Part shown: piece by piece, positions 29,172 through 40,323 of the stretch
Numbering within the stretch: the stretch's first letter is position 1
How the letters are laid out: every line of letters starts with the position of its first letter
Assembly: GCA_963674695.2 (NCBI GenBank)
Contig: CAXXGI010000002.1
Location: 416,001-480,000 of the forward strand
DNA length: 64,000 nt
Reading direction: 5' to 3'
DNA from: a bacterium
GTDB lineage: Bacteria; UBA10199; 2-02-FULL-44-16; JAAZCA01
Position numbers and translations under genes: made by a program
Notes under the pieces: generated by a model
What the model was told of the DNA's origin: nothing
The model's database searches: none
Seen by the model: the letters and a program-made list of their open reading frames with translations, nothing else

Positions 29172-30272
29172 ATGACCACGCAGTTGCCGTCGATGACGCG
29201 GCTCTTCGAAAAAATGGACGAGGGGATGCTCGTCGTGGATGCCCAGTGGCGCATCCTCTATGCGAACGACTTTGCACGCCGATACCTCAACCTCTCGCCC
29301 ACGGAGGATCGTCTCAGTGAGGCGCTCATTCCGAAGCTGCAGCAACGCTTCATCATCAACACCGAGGTTCAGGAAGCGTCTGGTTCGGAGGTGCGCGAAC
29401 TCACCAACGAAGAGCTCGACGACCTGAGCGAAGATGAAAAGAGCATCGCGTTCGAAGCTTCAAGTCTTCCGGAGAGCTCGCGCCCCTTTACGCTCTCGAT
29501 CTATATGAGCCGTTCCAACGAGGAAGGGATGCGCTTCATGTTGTTGCGGGATATCACCGCCAAACGCAACGAGGAGCTGTGGAAATCACGGCTGCTCTCG
29601 ATGATTTCGCACAAGCTCATGACGCCGATCAACGTGGTGAAGATGTTCCTTTCGAATATGCTCGTCGGTGTGGCCGGCCAGATCAGCGACAAACAGCGCG
29701 AGCTGCTGCAGAAATCGAGTGGAAAACTCGTGCGCCTCGAAAAGCTCGTCGGGCGATTGATCGAATATTCGGCGTTGCAGAGTTTGGAACTGAAGGGGAC
29801 GATGCGGCCGGTCGATGCGCAGGCCGTGGCCGAAGAGGTGGGAAAAATAATTCAGCGACAATATCCCGATCGCGAGATCGCCTTCACGGTCAAGGGCATC
29901 GATGATGCCATGGTGCTTGCGCGCGGGACCTTTCTCCAATCGGTCTTCGACAGCCTCTTCGACAACGCGGTCAAATTTCATCCCGGCCCGCGTGTGGCGA
30001 TCGAGGTTCGATTTCAGCGCGATCCAGAGACGCGCGAACTCACCGTGACCATTGTCGATGATGGCCCCGGCATTCCGCCGGATATCCAGCACGATCTCTT
30101 CAGCGAGTTTACCCAGCGCGACGATGATGGTACCGGAAACGTCGAGGGGATCGGGCTGGGCCTGCCGCTCGTGAAGAACCTCATGGGCCTCTTTGCCGGC
30201 ACCGCCTCGCTCCACTCCGAAGAGGGACAGGGCACGACCGTGACGCTCACCTTCCCTCCGCCGGAGGAGTAG
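29172..30272 (+). CDS. Cytoplasmic PAS-domain sensor histidine kinase
   Basis: PAS-like start (EGMLVVD...YAN); H-box ISHKLMTP; DNAVKF; DDGPGI; GIGLGL. Confidence 0.9.
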   Translation: MTTQLPSMTRLFEKMDEGMLVVDAQWRILYANDFARRYLNLSPTEDRLSEALIPKLQQRFIINTEVQEASGSEVRELTNEELDDLSEDEKSIAFEASSLPESSRPFTLSIYMSRSNEEGMRFMLLRDITAKRNEELWKSRLLSMISHKLMTPINVVKMFLSNMLVGVAGQISDKQRELLQKSSGKLVRLEKLVGRLIEYSALQSLELKGTMRPVDAQAVAEEVGKIIQRQYPDREIAFTVKGIDDAMVLARGTFLQSVFDSLFDNAVKFHPGPRVAIEVRFQRDPETRELTVTIVDDGPGIPPDIQHDLFSEFTQRDDDGTGNVEGIGLGLPLVKNLMGLFAGTASLHSEEGQGTTVTLTFPPPEE

Positions 30273-30388
30273 CGCCCCTCCCCGCCACGAGACCGATGGA
30301 CGTGTTAACAAGGGATGGGGACCGAATCCGCGTTTTGGGTAAAAAAAGATGCGGCAGAGGGCCGCATTCACGAGATTTTTACGATTGA

Positions 30389-31246
<858 letters not shown>

Positions 31247-31322
31247 TTTCTGTCCCCCCAGAAAACAACAATAAATACAAATCCTTACCAAAAACACCGC
31301 TGGCTTTCGCACACTTCTAAAT

Positions 31323-31338
31323 TGCATATCGCATGCCA
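31323..31338 (-). promoter_or_regulatory. Sigma54 -24/-12 promoter
   Basis: Minus strand TGGCAT-GCGAT-ATGCA with correct GG-N10-GC spacing, in an AT-rich intergenic region. Confidence 0.6.
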
Positions 31339-31571
31339 TGACGGAAAGGGAGCGATGAGTTTTTAAGTGCTTAATAATATTGATGAAATTGTGAGTCTGT
31401 TCGCAGTGCTGAACGGGTGTCCAATTTGGAGAGCATAATTATGTTCACAGAATAAAATTGGACATTGATGTTTATTTTGGAGGTCATGAGGGGTAAAATG
31501 AGAACTCATTGAAAATAAAAATGATTTTATAGGCATGCGGTGGAGGGGATCGATCGATGACGAGGTGATCC

Positions 31572-34500
31572 ATGGACGCTCAAGGGGGACTGGTCGATGG
31601 AAAGTATCGCATCGTGCGGCAGATCGGCGGGGGCGCCTTCTCCGAGGTCTATCTCGTCGAGGGGCCCGATGGGCGATCGGCCTTAAAGCTCCTCAAGGAG
31701 AAGGGGCGTGCCACCGACGCCGTCGCCGTCGAGGACTTCAAGCGCGAGTTCACCATCCTCAAGGACCTGAATCATCCGCACATCGCGCGCATCCTCGACT
31801 TCGGCTTCGATACGGAACGCGACCGCTACTACTTCACCTCTGAATTCGTCGACGGAAGCAATTTTTTCGATGCGACCGAGAATTTGGAACCGGCGGTTGT
31901 GACCAATCTCATCGTCCAGGCCCTGCGCGCGCTCGAGTACCTGCACTCCTTTCGCGTCTATCACTTCGACATCAAGGCGACCAACGTCCTGGTGTTGGAG
32001 GGGGCCAGGCCAAAGCTCAAACTCATCGACTTCGGCCTGGCCGGCGTCGATCCGCGCGGGAAACTCATCGGCACGCCCTCCTACATGCCGCCCGAGATCA
32101 TCAACGTTGAGCCGGCCGATGGGCGCGCGGACCTCTATTCGTTGGGCGTCCTTTGGTACTACGCGCTCATGCGCAAGAATCCCTTTCGTGCGCGCACCAC
32201 CGAGGACACGCTCGAGAATCAGCTGCATCGAATTCCGCCGCCCCCGTCGAGCGTTGTGAACGCTCTTCCCCAATGGCTCGACACGATCCTCGGACGTTTG
32301 CTCGAGAAAAATCGCGCCAACCGCTTTCCCACCGCCGCGCGCGTCATTCGTGCCATCAATCGGTTTGTCGAGAAACCCTATGCGCTCGAGACGGCCGCAA
32401 CGCTGCTCTCCTATCTTCCGGAGGAGGGGCGACTGGTTGGACGCGAGCAGGTGCAGAGCGAACTGCTGACGGAAATGGAGCACTTGAAAGGGACGACGCA
32501 GGCGGGGACGAGTTGGTTGCTGCACGGCGTGCGCGGCGGCGGTCGCAGCCGCTGGCTTCGCGAGGCCAAGTATACTGCACAGCTCGGCGATGTGCGCGTG
32601 ACGAGCGCGTCGGGTTCGGATGCTGTGCAGGCACAGGCCTTGCTCGAACGGCTGAGTGCGCATTTGGCATCGGGAGAGGGATTCGAGTTCTTCCTGCTCG
32701 ACGACGCGCAGGCCCTCATCGACGAGGAGCGCGCCTGGCGTCTGCTCTTGGCGCGCCTGGCGCAGACGCGGCGGCCGGCCGGCGGTGCTTGTGCCATGGT
32801 CATCGTCGCTGTGCGCGACGATGAAATCGATGCCGATACGTTGGGGCAGCTGGGCGAACTCTGCTCGAAGACATTTGAGATCGGCACCTTCACCGAGGCG
32901 GAGCTGAAATCCTACCTTGTTTCGCTCACCGGCATCGAGGAGCCGCCGTCGGTGCTGCTCGATGGGATCTATCGTCGTACCGATGGCAACCCGATGTTCG
33001 TCACCGAGATCCTGCGTTCGCTCATCCTCTCGGGCGCGCTCTTCGACGAAGGCGGGCGCTGGAACGAGTCGCTCTTCGAGGACGTCGGCGTCGATTTTTC
33101 CCGCATCATCGTGCCGCAGACCATCGGTGCCCTGCTGCGCGAGCAGGCCGGAACGCTTGAGTTGGCAGAGCGGGATATCGTCGAGTTGCTCGCGGCATCG
33201 ACCGAACCGCTGACCGCAACGGTGCTGGGCGCGGGAAGGGATCCGGATGAGGTCGGCGTGGCGCTCACGGCGCTCACCCGCAAGGGGTTTATCGAACGCG
33301 ACGAGGGGATGACCTATCGCTTGCACAACGACCTGATGGGACAGGCCCTCTTCGAGGCCTTGAGCCGTGAACAGCAGCAGCACCTGCACGATCGCCTCGC
33401 GCGTGCGCTGCGCGGGGCAGGGGTCGAGCTCACCCGCGTGGCCCATCACCAGAGCCGCGGGAGCGATCCGGAGGTAGCGCAGGAGGCCTCCTTGGCGCTG
33501 GGCGATATCTATCTCCGGCGCGGGCTGGGGCGTCGCGCTGCCGACTATCTGGAGCGCGCTGAACGGTTGATCCCCGAACACGATGTCGAGCGGCGCATCG
33601 AGGCGGCGATGAAACGCGGGGAGGCGCAGCTGATTAGCCATCGTTACGAGGCGGCCGAGCACACCTTCGAGAAGGTCGATCACCTCTTCGCTGAACTGCC
33701 GGAGAGTTCGCGCCTCAACCCCCTGCACGTGGATGCGCATGTGCGGTTGGGCGGAACCTATCTCAAGCTCGGCGATTTCGAGAGGGCGCTCATGTCCTTT
33801 GCCGAGGCCAAGCGCACGCTCAGCCTCATCGGCGGCGATCCGGTGCGCGAGATCGTCATCGAAAACTTTCGTGCGAGCGCGCTGCTGTCGCAGGGCAAGG
33901 CCGAGGAAGCGAGCAGGGCCTTTGTCGCCTCGAAGGTGGCTTTCGAGGCGCTGCCGGCTGGACGGCGCTCGGCGATCACCAACAACGACCTCGGCATGAG
34001 CCTGCTCGCTCTCGGAAAACTCGACGAGGCCGAGGCCGCCTTCCAGGATGACCTCCAGTTTGCCGAGTCGCTCAAGGATAACTTGCTCATCGCGCGGGTG
34101 CGCTACAACTTTGCGCAGCTGGCCCTTGCGCGTGGTCGATACGATGAGGCGATCATTGCCTTTGAGACCTGTGCCGAGATCTGCAAGCGCTGCAACAACA
34201 CGGAACTCCTGCTGCGCACCTACAACGGTCTGGGCAATCTCTATCGCGGGCAGGGAAAACTCGAGCAAAGCTACGCGGCCTACGCGCGCGGGATTGCGCT
34301 GCACGAGCACCTGGGCGATCCCTCTGGCGGTGCGATTCTGAAGGTGAACCTGGGGATCATCGAGAGCGAGCGCGGCGAGGACGACCAGGCGCTCGACGAT
34401 CTGGTGCCGGCGGTGGACTATTTGCGCAGTGTGCCGCAGAAGACGGCCAACGATCGGGCCGCTCTCTCGCGTGGCTTGCTCGAGATGGGGGATCTGCTTC

Positions 34501-36677
34501 AGCGCAAGGGGGATCTCGATGGTGCGCGACGCGCGCTCGAGGAGGCGCGCGGAGTCGCCGAAGAGGAGGCGAGTGCGGCGCCGCAGCGTTTCTGGATTGC
34601 GCTCACCCTCGCCGAGGTGGCGCTGGGCGAGGGCGGCAGCGGACATGAAGAGGAGGTGCAGGAGCTCGTTGCCGAGGTTTCAAATCTCGCCGAGACCGAC
34701 GACGAACGCGAGAAGTCGGTGGAACTCTCGCAGCGCATCGACCAATCGATCGCGCGCACGTCGTCGCCAAAGGAGGCACCGCCGCCGACTGCGGCCGCAC
34801 AAGGGCCCACGTCTGCGCTGTCGGGGATCGACGAGATCTCCGGGCGCGGTCTCCAGGTGTCGGGACGGTGGCCGTCGCCGGAGACGCCGCAGCTGGCGGC
34901 GGTCGACCGGTATACGCGTTTGCTTGAGATCAACCGGCTCATCAACGCCGAGAGCGATCTGACCTATGTGCTCAACTCTGTGCTCTATGCCGCCGCGGAG
35001 CTGGCAGGCGCTGCGCGCGGCGCGGTGATGTTGATCACCTCGGCTGGTGAGCCCACCGTGATTTGCCAGCACAACATGGCTGTCGAGGCCCAGGAGGGGA
35101 TCATCAGCCATTCGCTGATCACCCGCACGTTGCAGGAGGGGCGCGTGATCGTCACCGACGACGCGCTGTCCGATGAGCGCTTCTCCGGCGAGGAGTCAGT
35201 GGTGGCCCATCGCTTCAAGTCGGTGCTCTGTGCGCCCATTCGCGCGCGTCGGCGCGTGATCGGCATCCTCTATCTGGATCATCCCGCGCGCACGGCGGCG
35301 TTTGCGCACATCGACCTGGGGCTCTTGGACGCCTTCTGCGATCAGGCGGGGCTGGCCATCGAAAACGCCCAGCTGCGTGAACGCGCCCTGCGCCCCGACG
35401 GACGCACCGAGGCCAAGGCCCGCGTGGAGGATATGCATCAGGAGCGCGAGCGCGACGCGATGCCGGTGCACTCGACCTACGTGCCGACGCAGAGCTTTGG
35501 CGTGATCGGAAAGAGTAAGTCCATGCAGGAGATCTTAAAGCTCTTGGACAAGATCGCGGATACGGACCTGGCGGTTCTGCTCTTCGGCGAGTCGGGCACC
35601 GGAAAAGAGTTGGTTGCGCGCGCGTTGCATGAAAATCATCGTCGTCGTCGGAGCGAACGCTTCGTTGCGGTTAACTGCGGTGCCATTCCCGGAACGCTCA
35701 TGGAGTCGGAGCTCTTCGGCCACAAGGCGGGCGCATTCACGGGTGCGGTGCGCGACAAGAAGGGACTCTTCGTCGAGGCCGATGGCGGAACGCTCTTCCT
35801 CGACGAGGTGGCTGAACTCGACCTGATGCTTCAGGTGAAACTCCTGCGCGCCCTTCAGGAGAAGGAATGCACGCCGGTGGGCGGTACGCATACCGTACGC
35901 TGCGATGTGCGCGTCGTGGCGGCGAGCAACCGCGACGTCGAGGCGCTCATGCGCAAGGAGCGCTTTCGCGAGGATCTCTACTATCGCCTCTGCCAGATCC
36001 GCGTCGAGATTCCGCCTCTGCGCACGCGCCACGAAGACATCCCGCTGCTCGTCGAGGAGTTCATCGCCGAGTCACGGCCCGGCGAGAGCATCATGGTGGC
36101 GCCTTCCCTCATGGGGCATCTGCTCACCTACCCCTGGCCGGGAAACGTGCGCGAGCTCAAGAACCTGATCGAAGTCGCCTGTGCGCTTGCGGAGGGGAGC
36201 GTCATCGATGAACGCGCCGTGCCCGACAGCTATGAGATCACCAAACAGATTCGCGGTGGCGGCGAAGTGGAATTATCGACTGACTCGCTCATCGAATCGA
36301 TGTCAGGCGATCTCTGGATCGACGAGGAGAATACCTACGATTCCGAGACCTCCTGGAAGGGGTACGAGCGTGTGATCATCGCCAAGGCCTTCGAGGCGAA
36401 TCAGTTTCAGGCGCGTCCGGCAGCTGCAGAGCTGGGTCTCTCGGTCACCACGCTCTACAAGCGTATCGCCGAATGGGATCTGAAAAACCGCGACAATCCG
36501 GTCTACCGTGACCCCTTTCGCTATGTGCGGGGAAAGACGCTCTCGGAATACCTCACGCTCGTCTTCACCGCGGCTTACGAATATTCCGATCGGCGCTCCT
36601 ACATCGCCATCGCCAACCTGCGCGTGAGCCAGGGCCATTTTTATAAGGTGATGAAAAATCGTCGCGAGAAAGAATGA
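31572..36677 (+). CDS. Multidomain Ser/Thr kinase-ATPase-TPR-GAF-sigma54 enhancer-binding protein
   Basis: [18 protein letters not shown] and DFG kinase motifs; RTDGNPMFV; TPR-like helices; GAF (SVLCAPI...GILYLD); GESGTGKE; [13 protein letters not shown]; WPGNVREL; HTH. Confidence 0.92.
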   Translation: MDAQGGLVDGKYRIVRQIGGGAFSEVYLVEGPDGRSALKLLKEKGRATDAVAVEDFKREFTILKDLNHPHIARILDFGFDTERDRYYFTSEFVDGSNFFDATENLEPAVVTNLIVQALRALEYLHSFRVYHFDIKATNVLVLEGARPKLKLIDFGLAGVDPRGKLIGTPSYMPPEIINVEPADGRADLYSLGVLWYYALMRKNPFRARTTEDTLENQLHRIPPPPSSVVNALPQWLDTILGRLLEKNRANRFPTAARVIRAINRFVEKPYALETAATLLSYLPEEGRLVGREQVQSELLTEMEHLKGTTQAGTSWLLHGVRGGGRSRWLREAKYTAQLGDVRVTSASGSDAVQAQALLERLSAHLASGEGFEFFLLDDAQALIDEERAWRLLLARLAQTRRPAGGACAMVIVAVRDDEIDADTLGQLGELCSKTFEIGTFTEAELKSYLVSLTGIEEPPSVLLDGIYRRTDGNPMFVTEILRSLILSGALFDEGGRWNESLFEDVGVDFSRIIVPQTIGALLREQAGTLELAERDIVELLAASTEPLTATVLGAGRDPDEVGVALTALTRKGFIERDEGMTYRLHNDLMGQALFEALSREQQQHLHDRLARALRGAGVELTRVAHHQSRGSDPEVAQEASLALGDIYLRRGLGRRAADYLERAERLIPEHDVERRIEAAMKRGEAQLISHRYEAAEHTFEKVDHLFAELPESSRLNPLHVDAHVRLGGTYLKLGDFERALMSFAEAKRTLSLIGGDPVREIVIENFRASALLSQGKAEEASRAFVASKVAFEALPAGRRSAITNNDLGMSLLALGKLDEAEAAFQDDLQFAESLKDNLLIARVRYNFAQLALARGRYDEAIIAFETCAEICKRCNNTELLLRTYNGLGNLYRGQGKLEQSYAAYARGIALHEHLGDPSGGAILKVNLGIIESERGEDDQALDDLVPAVDYLRSVPQKTANDRAALSRGLLEMGDLLQRKGDLDGARRALEEARGVAEEEASAAPQRFWIALTLAEVALGEGGSGHEEEVQELVAEVSNLAETDDEREKSVELSQRIDQSIARTSSPKEAPPPTAAAQGPTSALSGIDEISGRGLQVSGRWPSPETPQLAAVDRYTRLLEINRLINAESDLTYVLNSVLYAAAELAGAARGAVMLITSAGEPTVICQHNMAVEAQEGIISHSLITRTLQEGRVIVTDDALSDERFSGEESVVAHRFKSVLCAPIRARRRVIGILYLDHPARTAAFAHIDLGLLDAFCDQAGLAIENAQLRERALRPDGRTEAKARVEDMHQERERDAMPVHSTYVPTQSFGVIGKSKSMQEILKLLDKIADTDLAVLLFGESGTGKELVARALHENHRRRRSERFVAVNCGAIPGTLMESELFGHKAGAFTGAVRDKKGLFVEADGGTLFLDEVAELDLMLQVKLLRALQEKECTPVGGTHTVRCDVRVVAASNRDVEALMRKERFREDLYYRLCQIRVEIPPLRTRHEDIPLLVEEFIAESRPGESIMVAPSLMGHLLTYPWPGNVRELKNLIEVACALAEGSVIDERAVPDSYEITKQIRGGGEVELSTDSLIESMSGDLWIDEENTYDSETSWKGYERVIIAKAFEANQFQARPAAAELGLSVTTLYKRIAEWDLKNRDNPVYRDPFRYVRGKTLSEYLTLVFTAAYEYSDRRSYIAIANLRVSQGHFYKVMKNRREKE

Positions 36678-36755
36678 CGTATGCGCCTGTCATCCCCGCG
36701 AAAGCGGGCCTACGCCGCGCCGTAGTCGATTTGTAGCGCACTCAAGGGGGATTGT

Positions 36756-37202
36756 ATGAGATCTGTTTGCATCTGTTGCGTATTAGTTCTCCTCACCACC
36801 GCCTGCTCGCTGCGCGTGCCTGGTCTGGACGACCGCGTGGGCGACTTTGAGAAGTCGAATTTCGAGGCCAAGCAGGTGGCACGGCGCATCGCGTTTCAGA
36901 TGCGCGTAGTGCGCTCGCGCCCGATTATCAATGCCAAGACCAAGGATCCGGGTGTCGAGGTGACGGTCCAGGAGAAGGGTCGAAAGTACAACTTTAAGGT
37001 CTATAAAATCGCCTCCGAGGCGAACCTCAAGCGCATCGTCGCGACCTTTGACGGTATCGAGACGGTGTCGGCCGCGAAATCCAAGCAGGTCCGAAAGTGG
37101 CGCTATATGTCCCGCAAGGATCTCCTCTTCGACTATATGCTCATGCCCAGGGATATGGACGACGAGTTGGAGAAGCGATTTAAAAAGGCCGTCACACGCT
37201 GA
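36756..37202 (+). CDS. Hypothetical lipoprotein
   Basis: Lipobox LTTAC; basic 148-aa protein. Confidence 0.7.
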   Translation: MRSVCICCVLVLLTTACSLRVPGLDDRVGDFEKSNFEAKQVARRIAFQMRVVRSRPIINAKTKDPGVEVTVQEKGRKYNFKVYKIASEANLKRIVATFDGIETVSAAKSKQVRKWRYMSRKDLLFDYMLMPRDMDDELEKRFKKAVTR

Positions 37203-37206
37203 AACG

Positions 37207-37232
37207 AAAACCGGCCCCAAAAGAGGGGCCGG
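37207..37232. terminator. Intrinsic terminator between convergent genes
   Basis: AAAACCGGCCCC-AAAAGA-GGGGCCGGT. Confidence 0.7.
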
Positions 37233-37257
37233 TGGTGGTTTGCCGTGTAACCGAGGT

Positions 37258-40251
37258 CTACTGGAGGCACATGAGGCCCGCGCACGGACAGGCACCGTTG
37301 CCGATGTCATCGCCGTCAAAGCAACCGATCCCCCAGACTTCCTCGTCTGAGGAATTGATGTACATCGTCATGCAGGAGATCGCGTCATCCACGTCGCCTT
37401 CGTTGACGCCCATTCCGGAGAGCATCCCACTCAAGTCAGCGTAGTTCACGCCGCCTGCGGCACCGCATGCGTCACCGACAACGAGAGTCGAACACGGGTT
37501 TCCTCCCGCATCATCCGTACACAACGGCGTATCCTGATACCTCTCACTCCACCGGGTGAAGGACAGGGAGTCATAGCTGTGCAGCGCGCTGTTATAATCC
37601 CAGAAGTTGTAGAGGATCAGCTTAAAGTCGGTGGTGCTGGTGCGATGGATGTGCATCTGCATGCGGACCTTTTCACCACTTTCGCAGTTGCCTTCAGCCG
37701 TGTCGGTTCCATACGCACACTCGATGCTGCCGAAGCTCTCCGGTGAATTGTGAGAACCGGGAAAGAGTTGCGGTGATTGTAGGACGAAAGAAGAAAGATT
37801 GACGACATCCCGCGAGACGTTCGCCACCGCGACCATCGGCTGGTTCCCGATCTCTCCTTGCGTTCCATCCCAACCGGTCATGTCGCGCAGCGTCAGTTGG
37901 TAGTTGTCCCCTCCCATGTCGTTGCAGTCGAGATAGAGCTTGCTGTCTATTGGCACGGCAGCAACGTTGAGGGAGGTGAGCTGGGCCTGATCGATCCAGT
38001 CGGGTGGGTTGCCTTGGAAGCCCGTGTTCTGCATGCTGCCATAAAAACCCTCGATGGCGTTGCAGACGTTTCCATTTCCATCCGACAGCGGAATGTTCGC
38101 CGCTATGGAGGATGCGTCGAAGAAAAACGGCGCGAAGAAGTTGAGGGCGCAGACGTCGATCGCGTACGGTAATATGCCGACATTGTTCATACAATAGGCG
38201 CTCACGCAGTTGTAGCAGTCTCCTTCAGGAATCGAGTCCGCATCAACGCCTGAGCAGGCCATCTCGCACTCTACCGGGAATCGGTCGGCATCTTCACTAT
38301 TATCATCATCATCATCATCGCCAGAGCCGGCGGGTGCGTCGCAGGCGTTTCCGTCGGCGATGGAGGCGACATAGGCCGAATACGGCAGACAGCCCGAATG
38401 CGAAATGCCTTCGCGGTCGTCATAGCCGACATAGGTGCTCAGGCAGGCGATCCATGCATCGCGGTCGTTGTTCCACGCAGCTGGGAGCGTATCCGAGTTC
38501 GTGAAAATCGTCGAGAGGTCAGTATAGTCAAAGGTATCGCCGTCTCCGGGGTTTCCTCCACTATAGGTGCATGAATATCCGCTGAATAAATTGTTGCATG
38601 CGCAGAAGCTCCCGTTCACCTCGGTGTCGCACATCTCTGGTGTCCCGCCGCTCCATCCGCATGAGCCCCCATCGTCGTCATCGTCGCCGAGCCCGCCAAT
38701 GCCGCCTACCATCAGGCTCATCAGGCCCGTTCGCTGCAAGATGACCAGCATGCCGGCGCCGGAGCACTGTTCCTGTCCGTCGGCACGATCGGCCAGGAGC
38801 TGAAAACACATCGTGAAACAGGGCGCCAGGTTGAGATCGGCACCGAAATTGCCGTTCAGTATGCCGGTGACCAACTCGTCTTGGACGCTTTGCATCTCCA
38901 GGATGCTCGCCATAAAATCGACCAGGTCCACGCCCTCGGTGGCGTCGCTCAGACAGGCGGTGACCCGGTTGAGTTCGGCCGGTGGGGTGTTGTTCGTCAC
39001 GTTGGAGATGAGATCGGCAAGACCGTCGCCACCACCATCATCATCATCTATGCTCGCCATCATGAACATCGTGAGGAAGACCTCGTGCTGGCCGCGACAC
39101 TTGTTGACCATACTGGCGGTGACGGCGTTTCCGGTTTTATAGTTGCAGTTGGTGTCCTCAACCAGATCTGAAATCGCGCTCAGTGCGGTGATGACGCGTC
39201 CATCTTGGGCATCGTAACAGCGCAGAAATCCACCCACGGTCGCATCATATCCGCTGCAATCGACGTCATCATCCATCTGTTGGGTGAGAATCGTTTCGTA
39301 GGTGCGCATGAGGGCCATGGTGCCCTGCATCGACTTGCTCGGATCGGCCCCGCCCTCTCTTGCACGCTGGAGGACCAGGTTGACCATCGTGGCATCGTTG
39401 ACGAAGCGCCATTCGCAGGCGGCAAGCGCCATGCCGAACTCCTCGGGTTCGGTCAGCTCGGCAAAATTCACCTGTTTGAGGATGTTGACAAAATCGCCGA
39501 CCGTTTCGTTTGCACCGCCGACGGCGATGCGCGCACGGACGAGCGCGTCGATTCCATTGCCATAGTTCTGGATGAAGAAGAGCTTGAGGTTTGCCACATC
39601 GCGCAAGACCGCGTCGATGTCGTCATACCCCTGTGGGTCCTGATGGAAGATGTGCGCGGCCACGAGATAGACGCTGGGAAGCCCCGTGGCGACATCCATG
39701 CTGATGCTGGCGTCGGCGGCCAGTTCCTCGTCGCTGAGGAAGGCGAGCGCCATGGTCGTTCCTTCATGGATCTCGCCGCAGGCGACATCGATCGACCCTT
39801 CGGTGGTGACGTTCGCACAGAGCCCCTCGATGAAGCAGTCGCTCTCGAGGTGCAGGATGGCCCCTTCGGTGGGGAGCAGGCTCGCATCCGTGACGTCGCA
39901 GGAAAAAGCGCCGACGGTGTCGACGACACAGGAGGCGATCTCCGTCGCGCCATCGAGCACCGAGATGGTGCAGCCAGTCAGCGGAACGGTTCCGGCCTCT
40001 TTGGCCACCGCTGCGCTGAGGGCATCCTCCGGCGTCATGGCCGCGATGACAGCGTCGGTCGGGATGGATGCCGTTCCGGCAAAGGTCGCCAGCGGCGGCG
40101 GGGTGGTCTCCCCCCCCTCGGTTCCCGCACCAGCGGTCGTTGCACCGGCCCCGCTGCCGCTTCCGCCGCACCCGATCCAGAAGAGGATCGCGCAGCTCAA
40201 CGCTACGAGCATCATCGTCCAGGAACGATTTCGATAGGATGTGTTCTTCAT
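37258..40251 (-). CDS. Large Cys-rich acidic lipoprotein (paralog 1)
   Basis: Lipobox FWIGC; helical core; poly-Asp linkers; many Cys modules. Confidence 0.8.
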   Translation of the reverse strand: MKNTSYRNRSWTMMLVALSCAILFWIGCGGSGSGAGATTAGAGTEGGETTPPPLATFAGTASIPTDAVIAAMTPEDALSAAVAKEAGTVPLTGCTISVLDGATEIASCVVDTVGAFSCDVTDASLLPTEGAILHLESDCFIEGLCANVTTEGSIDVACGEIHEGTTMALAFLSDEELAADASISMDVATGLPSVYLVAAHIFHQDPQGYDDIDAVLRDVANLKLFFIQNYGNGIDALVRARIAVGGANETVGDFVNILKQVNFAELTEPEEFGMALAACEWRFVNDATMVNLVLQRAREGGADPSKSMQGTMALMRTYETILTQQMDDDVDCSGYDATVGGFLRCYDAQDGRVITALSAISDLVEDTNCNYKTGNAVTASMVNKCRGQHEVFLTMFMMASIDDDDGGGDGLADLISNVTNNTPPAELNRVTACLSDATEGVDLVDFMASILEMQSVQDELVTGILNGNFGADLNLAPCFTMCFQLLADRADGQEQCSGAGMLVILQRTGLMSLMVGGIGGLGDDDDDGGSCGWSGGTPEMCDTEVNGSFCACNNLFSGYSCTYSGGNPGDGDTFDYTDLSTIFTNSDTLPAAWNNDRDAWIACLSTYVGYDDREGISHSGCLPYSAYVASIADGNACDAPAGSGDDDDDDNSEDADRFPVECEMACSGVDADSIPEGDCYNCVSAYCMNNVGILPYAIDVCALNFFAPFFFDASSIAANIPLSDGNGNVCNAIEGFYGSMQNTGFQGNPPDWIDQAQLTSLNVAAVPIDSKLYLDCNDMGGDNYQLTLRDMTGWDGTQGEIGNQPMVAVANVSRDVVNLSSFVLQSPQLFPGSHNSPESFGSIECAYGTDTAEGNCESGEKVRMQMHIHRTSTTDFKLILYNFWDYNSALHSYDSLSFTRWSERYQDTPLCTDDAGGNPCSTLVVGDACGAAGGVNYADLSGMLSGMGVNEGDVDDAISCMTMYINSSDEEVWGIGCFDGDDIGNGACPCAGLMCLQ

Positions 40252-40323
40252 GATGCTACCCCCGCTTGAATTCCTACGATAGTACCAATGTGCACAGATC
40301 CTCTCTGTTCATCAGAATCATCC

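Noticed and set aside
31683-34646. 987-aa antisense ORF
   Set aside because: Shadow of the kinase-bEBP gene, expected in high-GC DNA; no motifs.
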